DNA of 64,000 nucleotides from Octopus sinensis (lineage: Eukaryota). Of this stretch, positions 38,770 to 52,344 are shown piece after piece. Position 1 is the stretch's first letter, and the number at the start of each line of letters is the position of its first letter. The stretch covers positions 108,066,001 to 108,130,000 of the forward strand of contig NC_042998.1 in assembly GCF_006345805.1 (NCBI RefSeq), given 5' to 3'. A model generated the notes under the pieces. The model saw nothing but the letters and a program-made list of their open reading frames with translations, did not search any database and was not told the origin of the DNA. A program made the translations under genes and the position numbers.

Positions 38770-39830
38770 TTGTCACTGTAAGTTGACTATCTTACATGTT
38801 TTATACTACCTAATCACTCTAAGTTTTCTTTCTTACATATATTGTCATATTACCTTATACTGTCATGGTTGTCTGACATATACAGTCATATCATATACTA
38901 TTCCACTTGCCTGACATAGTGTATACTGTCTTGCCACTGATTTATTTTTCATATTTTATACTATCTGATTACTGTAGGTTATTCTATTTTCTTGAACTTC
39001 ACTTTGTAAGTTATATGTTTTAACTATACTGATTTGTCACTGTAAGGTGTCTTTCTTATATATCCTATATTGTCTTATCACTGAAAACTGCCTGTCTTAC
39101 CTATTACAAACTGTTTTGTGAATGTAAGTTGCTTTTCTTAACTTATATTGTAATGCTATAGCAGATTATTCTGATTTGTGACTGTATGTAGTCTGTCTTA
39201 CATATTTGGAATTGTCTTATCACTGTAGATGTTTGTCTTATATTATATTGTCATTGTTTTTCTGACACATCTTATACTGTCTTGGCACAATAGGTTGTCT
39301 TACTTATACTGTCTTATCATTGTAGGTTGTCATTCTTACATCCACTATACTGTCATTATCTTTCTTACATTCATATACTGTCTTGTCACTGTAGATTGTC
39401 TGTCTTTAATGTCACTGTAAGTTATCTTACATAACTGACATTCATACATATACTGTCATGTTACTATGAGTTGTTTTTCTTTTACACCTTATAGTGTTTT
39501 GCTACTGTTAGTTGTCTTACATATATTGCATTATCACTATTATTTGTCTTCTTAAAAAATCTTATATTCCTTATCACTCCAAGTTGTTTTTCTTATATAT
39601 ATATTATCTTATAATTGGAAGTTGCCTTACATAACTTATACTGTCTTATCATTCTGTGTTTGACATATTGTATATGTAAGAAACAATAGGTTTTCTTGCA
39701 TATCTCCTGATTCTATACTATCTTAGATATCTTATACTGTCTTCTCATTGTAGACTGTTTGTCTTTCATATTTTATACTGTCTTGTAAAAGGCAAGCTGT
39801 CTTTCTTATAGATATTATATCTTGTGATAT
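38770..39830. repeat. Degenerate minisatellite, unit ~35-45 bp (approximately TATACTGTCTTATCACTGTAGGTTGTCTTTCTTACATATCT)
   Basis: Recurring tatactgtct / tcactgta / gttgtct / cttacata motifs in fixed order over ~1 kb. Confidence 0.7.
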
Positions 39831-40559
39831 ATGTCATGTTCATTTACATTCTGGATTCAAATTCTGTCAAGGTTATCTCCAAATATCTTATCAGTATAAG
39901 TCACATCTGACATTATGGTGTGTGTTTATAAAGGATTTTATATTATTTGTCTATTTAGCATTTTTTATTATACATTGTCATTACGTATTTTGTTGCTGAT
40001 GTGATCATAAAAAGAGGGGATTGATCATTCAATTTACCAGCCCCACAAGTGATATTGCTAATGCTATAACAAAAATGTCTTTGAAATAATATATTTTATA
40101 AACTAGTATTGTGTATCTACATAGAAAGGATGGTGGGAGAAGAGTTATAGAGAAAAGCAAAGGAGAAAACTCTGCTTTGCACTAAAACAAAATTCCCCAT
40201 TTAGTTCAAGATCAAAAAGGAAAACCTTATACAGTGTGAGATAATCAACACTAGTTGTTCCTGATAGTGTTTGCAACACTACCAAATTCTGTAGCACCTT
40301 CACTATTACCTCTCACCACCATCTCTATCATCAGTAACAACAAATGAACAATCTCAATGAGGGATATTATGGAGGCTAAAATGAGCAAAAAGAACAAAAA
40401 AACAATTGCATCCATCACCAGAAATGCCACAACTACAGCATCTATTTTGCTAACTGGCTCCAGCAGTAATATGAAATAACTGCTACAGTAAAGAGTGCTA
40501 CAAAGACTGGATCTTTTTCAAGAGTCAAAAGCACTGCTCAGTGATGAATTTACCATCAT

Positions 40560-40870
40560 TGGACACATATGGACTAGAAAATGGTAAAGGTTGAGGTGTT
40601 GGATTTGCCAACAGAATTAACACCTGGTAGCAGATAGAATGCACTGTTCCAAAAGGACTAGATACACTAGTGAACATGAAGAGGCACTGTCATGAGACCT
40701 GTCCCAAAACAGACATGGAAGTCTTGATCTAAGTACAACTGGAAAACTTAGACAAGATTCCCAAAACAATAGATCTTCCAAACAGCACCCAACTTTACAT
40801 TATAGTGAAGGATAGAAGGTACAGGTGTCACATATGTGGAATCATTAAGCATTTGAGAGCCCCCTGCACA
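40560..40870 (+). pseudogene. Tx1/L1-like ORF1 (gag-like) relic with a CCHC zinc knuckle
   Basis: LDKIPKTIDLPNSTQLYIIVKDRRYRCHICGIIKHLRAPC contains an exact CX2CX4HX4C at 40826-40867. The clade assignment is inference. Confidence 0.55.
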
Positions 40871-41978
40871 TCAAAACAATATGAATCCATAATGCTGCTG
40901 ATAGTGCAAACATGACAACAGCATTAAAGACAGTAACAGCAATGCCAGCAATAGTAACAACAACTGCAGTAACACCCCTAAGCAGCTACATAATGAGAAA
41001 CTGGTTACACCAATGTCATCACCAACAAAATATAGCAGGTGAGTGTCCTTTGCACCTGAAAAAATAGATACATACAGTACAAACACCACAATCAATACAG
41101 ATGAAAATGAATGGACACAAATACATATGCATACATACTATTCTATTTTCCTCCTCTGGCATTTTTGCCTTTAAAAACTTTACCAAACAATGAAGACAAG
41201 AAGAAGCAATGACAAAAATTTATGATAGAAGAGGAAGAAGAAAACCAATGATATCATAACCTGTTAACCATCTCCCACCACCACTACTATTACTGACAAA
41301 AAAAAAAAATAAAAACAAGAACTAAATCCACAATCACAACAACTAATCTAACAACAAATATCTACTCATAACAACCATCATAGCAAAAATGACTAAAGAA
41401 ACAAGGACATGCATTAATAACTTGTGGAGTAATGTTAAACATTTGTCACATGCAGGATGCAACTCTTTTATCAGCCCAACCCATTGCACCATGATGATCA
41501 CTCTCTTGTCACTTTTTGGTTGAGAAAGGCAAAATAGTTTTCCTTGCCTGGCAGCCATGGCAAAAGAGATTTACAAGAGTGAAGATCAAAACATCTTTTC
41601 CTTTCAGATAAGCCTTCACCAACTTCAAGTTCCACTTGAAGAAAGAAGGAATGGCGATGTGGGAGGTACTGCTCTTTAGTGAATCTGCTACAAGGTAGTT
41701 GAGAAATAACAAAAATGAACTGAATAAGTCTACTTTCAGTATTTACCTGGAGGCAAGGGAATAACAACTAAGAGAGGATATTTATCCTCAGGAGTCAGAG
41801 AAATCCTGGATCTGGGAGGTTCCTTAATTACCTTAGGTGGCTGTCTCCCCATTTAAAATTTTTTATTCAGAATAGGAGACAGTGATCATGATCCATTATA
41901 AGGTCTCCAATCTGAAACTTGGTTCAAATGTTTTCAACAGACTAGATTCTACTAAGCATACCCAAGTTACTAAGTATA

Positions 41979-42362
41979 GGCGCAGGAGTGGCAGTGTGGT
42001 AAGTAGCTTGCTTACCAACCACATGGTTCCGGGTTCATTCCCACTGTGTGGAACCATGGGCAACTGTCTTCTACTATAGCCTTGAGCTGACCAAAGCCTT
42101 GTGAGTGGATTTGGTAGACAGAAACTGAAAGAAGCCCATTGTATATATGTATGTGTGTGTTTATGTTTGTGTGTCTGTGTTTGTCACCCCAACATCGCTT
42201 GACAACTGATGGTAGTGTGTTTATGTCCCCATAACTTAGCAGTTCGGCAAAAGAGACCGATAGAATAAGTACTAGGCTCACAAAGAATAAGTCCTGGGGT
42301 TAATTTGCTCGACTAAAGGCAGTGCTCCAGCATGGCTACAGTCAAATGACTGAAACAAAAGA
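41979..42362 (+). mobile_element. Full-length tRNA-derived SINE family A; partial copies at ~23576-23743 + 24652-24785, ~57570-57800 (-), ~59030-59245 and ~63722-64000 (-)
   Basis: Head has A-box-like (tggcagtgtggt) and B-box-like (ggttcattccc) sequences, an internal TA/TG microsatellite and a conserved body repeated across the window. Confidence 0.85.
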
Positions 42363-45242
42363 GTAGTGGTGTTAAGCTGATTGATGGGGTATCTTATTTC
42401 ATTCCTTTTCTAGCCATCACTTACTCTCTTTTTCTTTTACCAGCAAATATGTGACTGCCATTAGTGTCTCTTTGCTATTGATATCTGAGTAACAAGAGAT
42501 TGCATTGAAATTTTTGGTATCTCATATACCCATTCCATTTAGTCACTTCTGTCAATATCCTTCCTCGTGTCACCTTTTTACTGACTTCCAACACTCTCAT
42601 AAAATTACCACCTTGATTATTCTTTTCCTATGCTCTCTCTCTTACCAGATAACATTACCCTTCTATACTGTTTGCCACCATTCCCTCTCTCTACAATTAA
42701 ATCCTTAATGACATCCATCACAGTATCTTATAGTTAACAATTTCTATGACTATCCATCACTCTCTTTCTTTTATAGCAAACATGCAGCCACCCCAACATG
42801 TCTCACTCTCAACACCCTCTGCTATTACTCTCTCTCCTCCATTACGCTTCCTAGCTCTGTGTTGCCCCCATTTCTCTTTCCTCTTCTGCACTGTTACCCA
42901 GTTGTTCTACCTCTCTTAGCATACACATGTTTAGTTCTCCCTCTCATCCAAGTTCATCTTCTATAATTACCCTCTGCTCTTCTTTACAGGTCATGTAGCT
43001 CCAAACAAATGGAGACAACATACAGAAGTGAGAATTTTTTTTGTTTTGCAGCATATAAGGCAACTTCACTAATGCTGGTGCCATAATAAAATACACCCAG
43101 TATATTCTATAAAGTGGTAGGTGAATAAGTGGTGACAATGTAGATTTGAGCAGTCCCTTTACTCTTGTCTTGTTGAGAACATGATAAATTATCTAATGCT
43201 AGGGTCACAACAAATTACACAATAAACAATATACTCTGTAAAATGGTTAGCTTCAAGAAAAGTAACCAGTCATAGAAACCATGCTAAAATAAAATGAATC
43301 AGCAGAATATTCTCCCCAGGCCCAGCTAGGAAAAGAGTAATTCCAAGTAAGAAATGGTTTGGACTGTAATGACCTGCTCAATCAATGCTTGCATGGAAAG
43401 TGGATGTGGAATGATGATAATTCTATGTTGTATTGTTGTTTCTTTTTTTAAGCCATAATTCAATATCATCATGGTAATATATATTTTTCCATGGTTGCAT
43501 CACTTGATAATTTGCTTTTGTAATGTCCTCTCATTTGTAGGACTTGTGGCAAGTAAAAATATTATTGTTATTATTATTATCATTTTGAACAATGAGATAT
43601 TTTAGAAAAATTCTTCTTCTTCTTCTTATCATTATTATTATTAACAACAATAATGATAATAATAGTTTCAGCATCCATTTCTCCTCACTAGCATGAAATG
43701 CTTTATAGGTTGACTAGCTGGCTAGCTGGCTGATTGGCAAATTGTATCAGGCAAGAGCAAATATGAAATCCATAAATGTCTGATATATTTTTACAGTTTT
43801 GATTTATGTAGCGAGTGATGTTAATATAATAATTATGTTGTAAATATGAATAACAGAGCATTATGGTGAAGCAGACTGCTCTCTCTGCACACAAGCAGAA
43901 AGAACTGAGAACATTCAGAAATTCTGATCAGAGTACTAGATAGAGCAGAGAGGGTAAGACCCTACTCAAGTTGACAGAATATAGATTGAAAAATAAATGT
44001 GGTAATAATGATGATGATAAAACTATTACTGCAACTACATGGAGATGTTTGTGATGATAATACTACTACTACAACCACATGTTATGATGATGCTATATGA
44101 TTATGTTCTTGATGATGCTAGTATGATTACAGCTACAGAGTAATGATGATGATAATACTATAGCCAAATGGTAATAATAATATTTTAGGATTTGCTGAGG
44201 AAGCAGGAAAAAAATTATGAAAAAAATACTTAAGTGATTGATATGCATTTAAAAAGTTATCTCATTGATTAGTGAACTGGTAATTACTAACCTGCCAACA
44301 TTCTGTGTCCTTTTGTCTCTTCTATTGCTACTAAAATAGTTTTTGTTCACTGATAAGGTAGAAAACTTTACCAGCAATGTCCAAGTCCCTCCTTATTCCT
44401 CTTTTCATCCCTACTGTATTTTATTTCCCAAAACCAAACCCTAAGCACAATATTCTCCATGTCTTTCTTCAGATAACTAAAACTCTTTGGTGCATCCTCT
44501 TAGTTCCTATTTTTCTTAGAGTAATCAACCCTCAGAAGTTCAAAATTAAACATTAAGTGCATCAACCTTATTTTAAAGAGACAGTGGGCAGTCAGCATCA
44601 TCATCATTTAATGTCCACTTTCCATGCTGGCATAGGTTGGAGAGTTTGACTGAGGGCTGACAAGCCAGAAGGCTCCAATCTGATCTGGCAAAGTTTCTAC
44701 AGCTGGATGCCCTTCCTAACACCAACAAGTGTCCCTAATTATTAAATTATTTTACTTGACTTGGAGATACAGGCTTATTTAAGAGATTAAATAGGACAAG
44801 GTTGTCCTATTAGGTAAAAGTAAATCCAAATAGCATAAAACAGTATTTTTACATGATTATTTAGGTGAGATTACTAAACAAAACAATTATAATTGCTTAA
44901 TTTCAGGACAGTCCTGATTCAGCAGACCTATGATGAGAAGCTACTCAAACAGTGATTTCTTTTGTTTATTCACCTCTGTATTATGTAAAGTATCTTTCAT
45001 TATTGTTGTTCTTGAGCTTAAGATCAGTCCTTGTCCACCAGATCAATGATATTCTATTTATGACTATCCTGCCTTTATATTCAAGTAATGTATCAAGGAC
45101 TATATTATCTAATGAGGCTTTTCTTATTATTGTTTAGCCCAAGGTCAGCTCTAATCCAGTAGAATTAATAATAAAAGATGTTCCTACTGGGAATATTTTT
45201 ATTTTATTCAGACATAATGTATGTATAACTATACTATGAAAT

Positions 45243-45545
45243 CATCATCATCATCATCATCATCATTTAACATCTGCTTTTCATGCTAATATGGGTTGGA
45301 CGATTTTGACTGAGGGCTGGCGAACCAGATGGTTGCACCAGGCTCCAATCTTGATTTGGCAGAGTTTCTACGGCTGGATGCCCTTCCTAACGCCAACCAC
45401 TCCGAGTGTAGTGGGTGCTTTTTATGTGCCACCGGCACGGGGGCCAGTCAGGCGGTACTGGCAACGACCTCGCTCGAATCCTTTTACACATGCCACCAGC
45501 ACAGGTGCCAGTAAGGTGACGTTGGTAATGATCACGCTCGAAAGT
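45243..45545 (-). mobile_element. RTE 3' UTR copy; similar short copies at ~54-390, ~18470-18700, ~24796-24957, ~44596-44725, ~49600-49862, ~50947-51700, ~51860-52320 and ~63236-63360
   Basis: (CAT)n followed by ttaacatc...ccatgc...ctggatgcccttcctaacgccaaccac, matching 27982-28300. Confidence 0.8.
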
Positions 45546-46716
45546 GAAATATGAAATATGACTTTCTAATTTTAAACTGTAGGTAGGGTGTCATTTGAAA
45601 GAAATTTGGCAGCTATTTCTAACAGATTAAGCTAGTTGTAACTGCACAGAGGCTGCTTTGTTGTTTATATTGATGCTGAAGTAAAAGATATTAACAACAG
45701 TAGTTCATTCTCTGATGAGATGTAAAATAAGTTCAATTGTAATTGGCTGCTGAAGTTTCATCTATAGCAATTACAAACACAGTTTAGGTTTCTGAGAAGT
45801 AGTTGAAATGCTGTCTAAATCAGCTAATTTATTGAAATATGGAAGAACGTGTTTAGATGATTTTGTTTTCCTTTTTTTTTTATTTAATATATTCTTGAGT
45901 CTGGAAGCTGTTATAGTGTTGTAGGCAGTTTTATACAATTTTCATGATGACTTAGTTTTTGTTTTCATTAGATACATACATTGTTTTCCTGCTGTGTATG
46001 CAAACATCCTAAGCCACATTTAAACAAAGATTACCTGATTAATTAGAAATTCATTTACCAACAAATTAAAACTTCTAACCCACAGATGTATTGTCTGTTC
46101 TCTGCCTATTCTATCACAACAGCTCCAGCTTCATTGAACTAGCTGCTTACATACCACTTTCACTCAGATCTACAAGTCTCTCCACCCCATGTTAAATGTC
46201 AAATCCTGCATTAATCACTTCCAATAATCAGATTTTCAACCTTCTGAAATTTCCATCTTCATATGTTCAAACGGAACATCAACCAAATCAATTGCATCAG
46301 CCTGGGAATGTTACTGAGGGGTATTGGAATACTCGTCCTCCTCCTAAACCATTAAGCAAAAAGTTATACCCATTTTCTTATAATTGGATAGTTTAAATTC
46401 TTATAATTGCATGGTTTGAAATTTTCTATTTTGACGAAATGTTAGAGTAATCAGTTGAGGTTGTGAATCTTCAAAAGTCTAGATAACCATTAAATCAGTA
46501 TTGCTGAATTTCTCAACAACATAAACCTTTGTAAGCAAATGAATGTGCCTAACTAATGAATTCCATATAATTACGTGAATGGTAGTTGGAGCCTATAACC
46601 TTGTGGTGTACAGTACAACATCATCAGTATGCCTGAAAGCACACATGAAGAGATATATTTATCATAGGAAAAGTTTTTGTGCAAAAAAAACAAAAGATAC
46701 TCTGATATAAATTTAC

Positions 46717-46888
46717 CCCTTTCAGATGCTAAGTCGAGTTGGAGTTCTTTCACTTGTATTTGGTATTTATTCCAGTCAGGGAAAACTTCACTGTTACTCT
46801 CTCCTAGGAATGAGTCCGATAAGTCTGCCATATCTGGGAACGTTTTATTGTGTGGGAATGTTTTCTCTATTGGTTCTGGGATATAATT
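46717..46888 (-). CDS. CCDC171: CCDC171-like gene, most 5' exon found. Candidate ATG at 46831-46829: MADLSDSFLGESNSEVFPDWNKYQIQVKELQLDLASER, ending in phase 1
   Basis: Minus strand has a polypyrimidine acceptor (tttgcttttatttcag|) at 46889-46890 and donor G|GTAAAT at 46716-46715. The phase-1 end joins the 34335 exon in frame. The 57 nt upstream of the ATG are also open in frame, so the true start may be in a further upstream exon. Confidence 0.7.
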
Positions 46889-49886
46889 CTGAAATAAAAG
46901 CAAACATTTTAAAGAGAAAACAAAACTTATAAATTTTATGTTATTTGGTACAATAGTTAGTATAGAGGTGTTGTAGCTCATAAATATTTTATGTGAAACA
47001 ACCAGAACCACATTTAAAAAAAAATTTATGAAAGAATGAATGTATAAATTTATTAGTATACTTGCACCATCAAAAATGATGTTATTTTAAAAGAAATAAG
47101 CTAAAACTGGTATTTAATACATGAATTAACATAACATACATTCCATATATTTGATATAAACTTGTTACGACATCACATATTGCCAGGCTGGGTTATGATT
47201 AAAATTCATTTACCAAAAGTAGCATATTCTGACAATAAGCAATGTAGTTTGCATTCTATACAAATAATATGAATATATCATTATGCCCTATACATAAAGC
47301 TGCTACAGTGAAACATACACTGTGATATATACAAATTTTTTTTAATATATGCTCAATGCATATATTTCCTAAGGTAATATAAATAAATTCTTGTATAAAA
47401 TATATTACAAGTTTCATGTATTAAGCATGCATGCATACATAAATATATTTTTCAAATATTATATATATATATATACATTGTACAGTACATATCTTAGATA
47501 TTTCTGCTTAATTAAGCATAATTTTTGTTACATTTTTTGAGAAGTATTTCCAATCAGATTTCCTTGATCATTACTTCTATGTAAAACCACAGATTTTTCT
47601 TACTTTTAGTGTGCGCGCACACACACAAACACACACACACACATACGCGCGCACACATACACACACAAGTATATAACAGAAGATAAAAACAATAAACAAC
47701 TTAGAATATTTTCCTCCCTATGGGAATTGAACTTGTGAACTTCTTAGTCTCTTAGTTCTACTATTGAACTATGTGATAAACATTTATGTAAAAATGATAT
47801 ACAGATGGATAATTTAGTGGGACAGAAGAAATATACAACAAAATTTATTACAGAAAAAGATACATGAATGCGAATTGTTGTTATTCTGCCAGTATGTATT
47901 ATTATTTCAAACAGATTCTTTGGAGCATTTATAATAGAATTCATGCTGCATAATTTGTGTGAGACATTAGAGCTGTAGTCACATACATATACACACATTT
48001 GTGTGTACATTATTTATATATATATATATAAAGAGAATCCAGTATTTGTTTAATAAATCAGAATGAAGATTGTTGCTGTATGATTTAAAAACAAAAAGGA
48101 AAAGAAAAGAAAGCAAACTACAGAAACAAAAAGTATAAGATCTTATAAAAAATATCTGCATTTCATATGATAAAGAAATAATGCATATACTGTACAAATA
48201 TTTAAAATATAACATTCATTTCTGCATGTAATAAGTTTCTGATCATCTATTCATGATTACTAAACTTATACATCCAGATTTTCATTCAAAAATTATATAT
48301 ATTACATCTATATATGTGTTTTCCTATTGTTGAGTTTGTATTTCTCCATTTGCTTGTGCATGTGCACTTAATCAGTGTGAGAGGTGTGTGGGTGTGTTTT
48401 ATTATATGTATGAATCTTGTGAATATATATTCATATGTACAAGTGTGTCTATTTCCATATGTTTGTTAGTACACATTCTCTGATAGATGTGTCTGTGTGC
48501 ACAAATGATAGGTGCCTAGGACTTGTGGGTTTGTGTATATTTTCATAAATGTCTCATTGTAGCATGAGTGTCTCTTCCTTTACTTCCTCTTAATCTCACT
48601 TTCACCATCACTAACCTTATAATTCTCTTTCTCCTCTTTCTCATCACCACCCCTCCCCTATCTTTCCTTCATTGTTTATTCTCTTTCTTCTGTCTCCCTT
48701 TTTCCTACTACACTTTAGTGGGACAGAAAACAAATATACATCCAGATAAATACACAATGAAGCTTATTATAGTAAATTTCAGCTTGGAACACACAAGAGT
48801 GTACAAAGAAGGTATTATGATATTTAGCTTCAGTGCACAACTGATTCTGCCAAATAGCTGCACTACAAATATCATTTTTGTTTTTGCTTAGTCCCAAGAC
48901 ATCCAGAGCAATAACAGTTTCCATTATTGGTTGACACATACATCCACACAAACAAACGTGTACATGCAGCATTTAATATATATATATATATATATATATT
49001 TATTCATAAATTGCAGATTCAAATGAGATAGCATAATGGTTAGCCAATGCTTAGAACTCTATGAAAATCCATATGTTTTCAAATTCTAATCAAATATTAG
49101 AAAAATTTTATCCTCTGATTTTCTTTTGGTAGTATATACATGTCAATAATATAGAGTGTATATCAAAGAGAAAAATTAAATAATAAATTTATATCACCTT
49201 TTTATTATAACATCATAAATTACAACATCTTTACATGTTTTACTAGTGAATATTAGTATGTTGTGCAGTAGTTGCAAGGGAGATGGATTTCAAATCTTTA
49301 GAAGAAAGTAATAATTTTTCATATAGTTTTTATTTAGCACTGCTTACCAACTGAGATCGGTAAACAGCAATAGATTAAATTACTATTTTCTTCCGAAGAG
49401 CTGGGTTTCTAGGGGATTACGTGACTGACTACCTAGCAATTACTACACAACATACAAATATTTACTAGCAACACACATGTAAAGACTATTGAAATTATGA
49501 CGTTACAATAAAAAGTTAATCTAAATCTCCCATTTTATTCTGTTTTTGTGTGTGTGTGTGTATGGGGGGGTATATGACGTAGACCTTTGGCATTATGTTG
49601 TGCATGAGAAGAAGACCCGTCAAGGCACGCAGTCATGGCAGACACCAGTGTCACACAAATAGCACCCATGGTGGTGACATGTAAAAGCACTCATTACCTT
49701 CCTGTAGTGGTTGGCATTAGGAAAGGTATCTAGCTGTAGAAACCATGTCAAATCAGACTGGAATTTGGTGCAGCCTTCTAGCTTGCCAGCCCTGGTCAAA
49801 CCATCCAACCATAGCTAGCACGGACAACAAACATTAAAAGATGATGATGGTGATGATGATGAAATATATATATGTGTGTGTGTGTA

Positions 49887-50868
49887 CAGGGTGCAGTGAA
49901 TATATTGTCGTCTAAATTACGCAAAAATGGAAATAACACTAACATCTGGATTTTAACAGATATGTTTAGCAAAATTATATAAAAATATCTTGAAATACTG
50001 AAGAATAAATTTATTCAATAAAATCACCATTGGCTTCAACCATGGCCTCCAGACGACTTCAGAAACTCCTGTATACTTCTGGACGGTCTCTTGCTTAAGT
50101 TGGTGAATGCTGCCATAATCCTTGCCTTTAGTTCATCTTTGGTATTACAAGGAGTTTTGTTGGTCTCTCACTCAACTGTGCCCCACACATAATAATCAAG
50201 GAGGTTCCAGTCTGGGGAGTTAGGTGGTCAGATGTTAGGGATGATGTAGTCACAAAAATTGTCTGACAGCCATGAGTGGGTTGTCTTGCTTGTGCAGATT
50301 CTTGTTGCTATCCTCTCAACCCAGGGCTAGTATCTCCTCCAGGTACCTGATGTAGGCTTCTGTGTTGAGTCTGAGGCCATGTGGTAAAATGAATAGAGGC
50401 ATAACATCGCCATCACTAGTGGTCACTTCCAGATGCCACCCTCTCAACCCAGGGCAGCACTACATCCTGCAAGCACTTGATGTAGGCCTTTGTGTTGAGT
50501 CTGAGGCCATGTGGGAAGATGAATGGGGGCATATCATTGCCATCACTAGTGATCACTCCAAACACCATGATGTTGACTGGATGTGTGGTTTTTATCACTC
50601 TTGGTACATGCTTTGGGGACACAGCAAACCAACAGTTGTTCTGTGTGTTCACCATCTGTTTGTATTGGAGCTTCCAGCATGAATACCAAGCAGTACCGCA
50701 TATCAACTGCAAATTTCTGGCAGAGTGAATTTCGTCATGTGTTGTTTTTCTCACAGACGGTGGTCAACTGATCCTACTATACTCTGTAGTCAACAAAATC
50801 ATAAACAAACAATGCACATGCACGAAATTAAAAATATAAAATGGTGACAATTTACCCATCGCACCCTG
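49887..50868 (-). mobile_element. Deleted Tc1/mariner element of the DD37D (maT)-like type, with TA flanks
   Basis: TIRs cagggtgcagtgaatatattgtcg / tgacaatttacccatcgcaccctg, each flanked by TA. Minus strand gives KTTHPVNIMVFGVITSDG...LNTKAYIKCLQDVVLPW and PNSPDWNLLDYYVWG...EANGDFIE*. Confidence 0.85.
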
Positions 50869-51756
50869 TATATATACACATATTCGTACATGCATATGCA
50901 AATTCATACATATGTATAAATACACATATGCATATACACATACACCATCATCATCATCATCCTTTATTCTCTATTTTCCATGTTGGAATGGATTGGACTA
51001 GAACTGGTGCTGGAGAGCTGCACCAGGTTCCAGTCTGATTTGGTTTGGTTTCTATGACTGGATGCATTTCCTAAGACCAATCACTTTACAGAGTGTGCTG
51101 GGTGCTTTTAATAAGGCACCAGCATGTACATTTTTACATGGTGCTGGCATAAGTGCTTTTTACATGGCACTGGTACAGGACTCTTGTAGGCCAATCCTCT
51201 TCATCAGAGGGAGCAGCCTTAACACTTCTGCTGTGGAGGATGAGTCTTCATGAGTACAGCAAATTCCAGATATCTAGATCTTTGTGACCTCTACTGAAAG
51301 GTTCAGCATCCTGAGGTCATCCTTCAGTTCTTCATCCCATATCTTCCTGAGTCTCCCTCTTCCATGAGTTCTATCCAATTCAAGTGGTTGGCACTTCTTT
51401 TTGGAGCTGTTGGCATCCATTCTCATCACATGACCCAACTAGTGCAGCCTTCTCTTTTGTATGCACCAACTAATTCCTCTAATGTCTAACTTCTCTCCCA
51501 GTATGCTAGCACTCTGTTGCACATGTACACTTACATTGCACATCTAGCAGAGTATACTAGCTTCATTCTTCTCTAGCCTTCACATGTTTCCTGCATTCAG
51601 GGCACATGTTTCACTACCATGTAGCATTGCTGTTCACATATATGCATTTCACTCGGAGAGAGAGACCTTTGGTTGGGAACAGAGATAAAAGCTCTCTGAA
51701 TTTTCTCCGTCCTTTCTTTAGCTACATCCCACCACACACATGTATACATTACATCC

Positions 51757-51788
<32 letters not shown>

Positions 51789-52344
51789 ACATATACATAC
51801 TTGCATGCACACACACACACACACATACATAAACATATTTATATATATTTGCATATGGCTGAGGACAGCTACATAAAGAAATGCCAAGCTCTAATTGTGG
51901 AAGGAACCTTGGAAGGAGTAGAGCCAAGAAGATGTGGAATGAAGTGTTGAGAAAGGATCTTTGGACACTGGGCCTCATTGAGGAAATGGCAAGGGACAGG
52001 GAGTTGTGATGATTTGCTGTACTTGAGAATACACATCGAGCTAAGTAAAATAACTGCCATCCATGCTTGTCCTTTGCAGGTGCCAGTGCTACATAAAATG
52101 CACTTGTGCTGGTGCTGCATAAATGCACCTATGCTGGTGGCAGGTAAAAAGCACCCAGCATCCTCTGTAAAGTGGTTGGCATGAGGAAGGGCATCCAGCC
52201 ATAGAAACCATACCAGAACAGACAAATGGAACCTGGACAGCTCTCCAGTTGGCCAGCTCTATGTCCAACTCATGCCAGAATGGAAAATGGATGTTAAACA
52301 ATGATGATGATGATGATGATCACACACATATATACAACATGGAG

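Noticed and set aside
41509-41712. Minus ORF with PSFFKWNLKLV as an L1 ORF2 relic or an exon
   Set aside because: There is only one weak motif, it is in the opposite orientation to the nearby ORF1 relic, and no supporting motifs were found.
41979-42060. tRNA gene
   Set aside because: It has A/B-box-like motifs but continues into a multi-copy SINE body, and no complete cloverleaf was seen.
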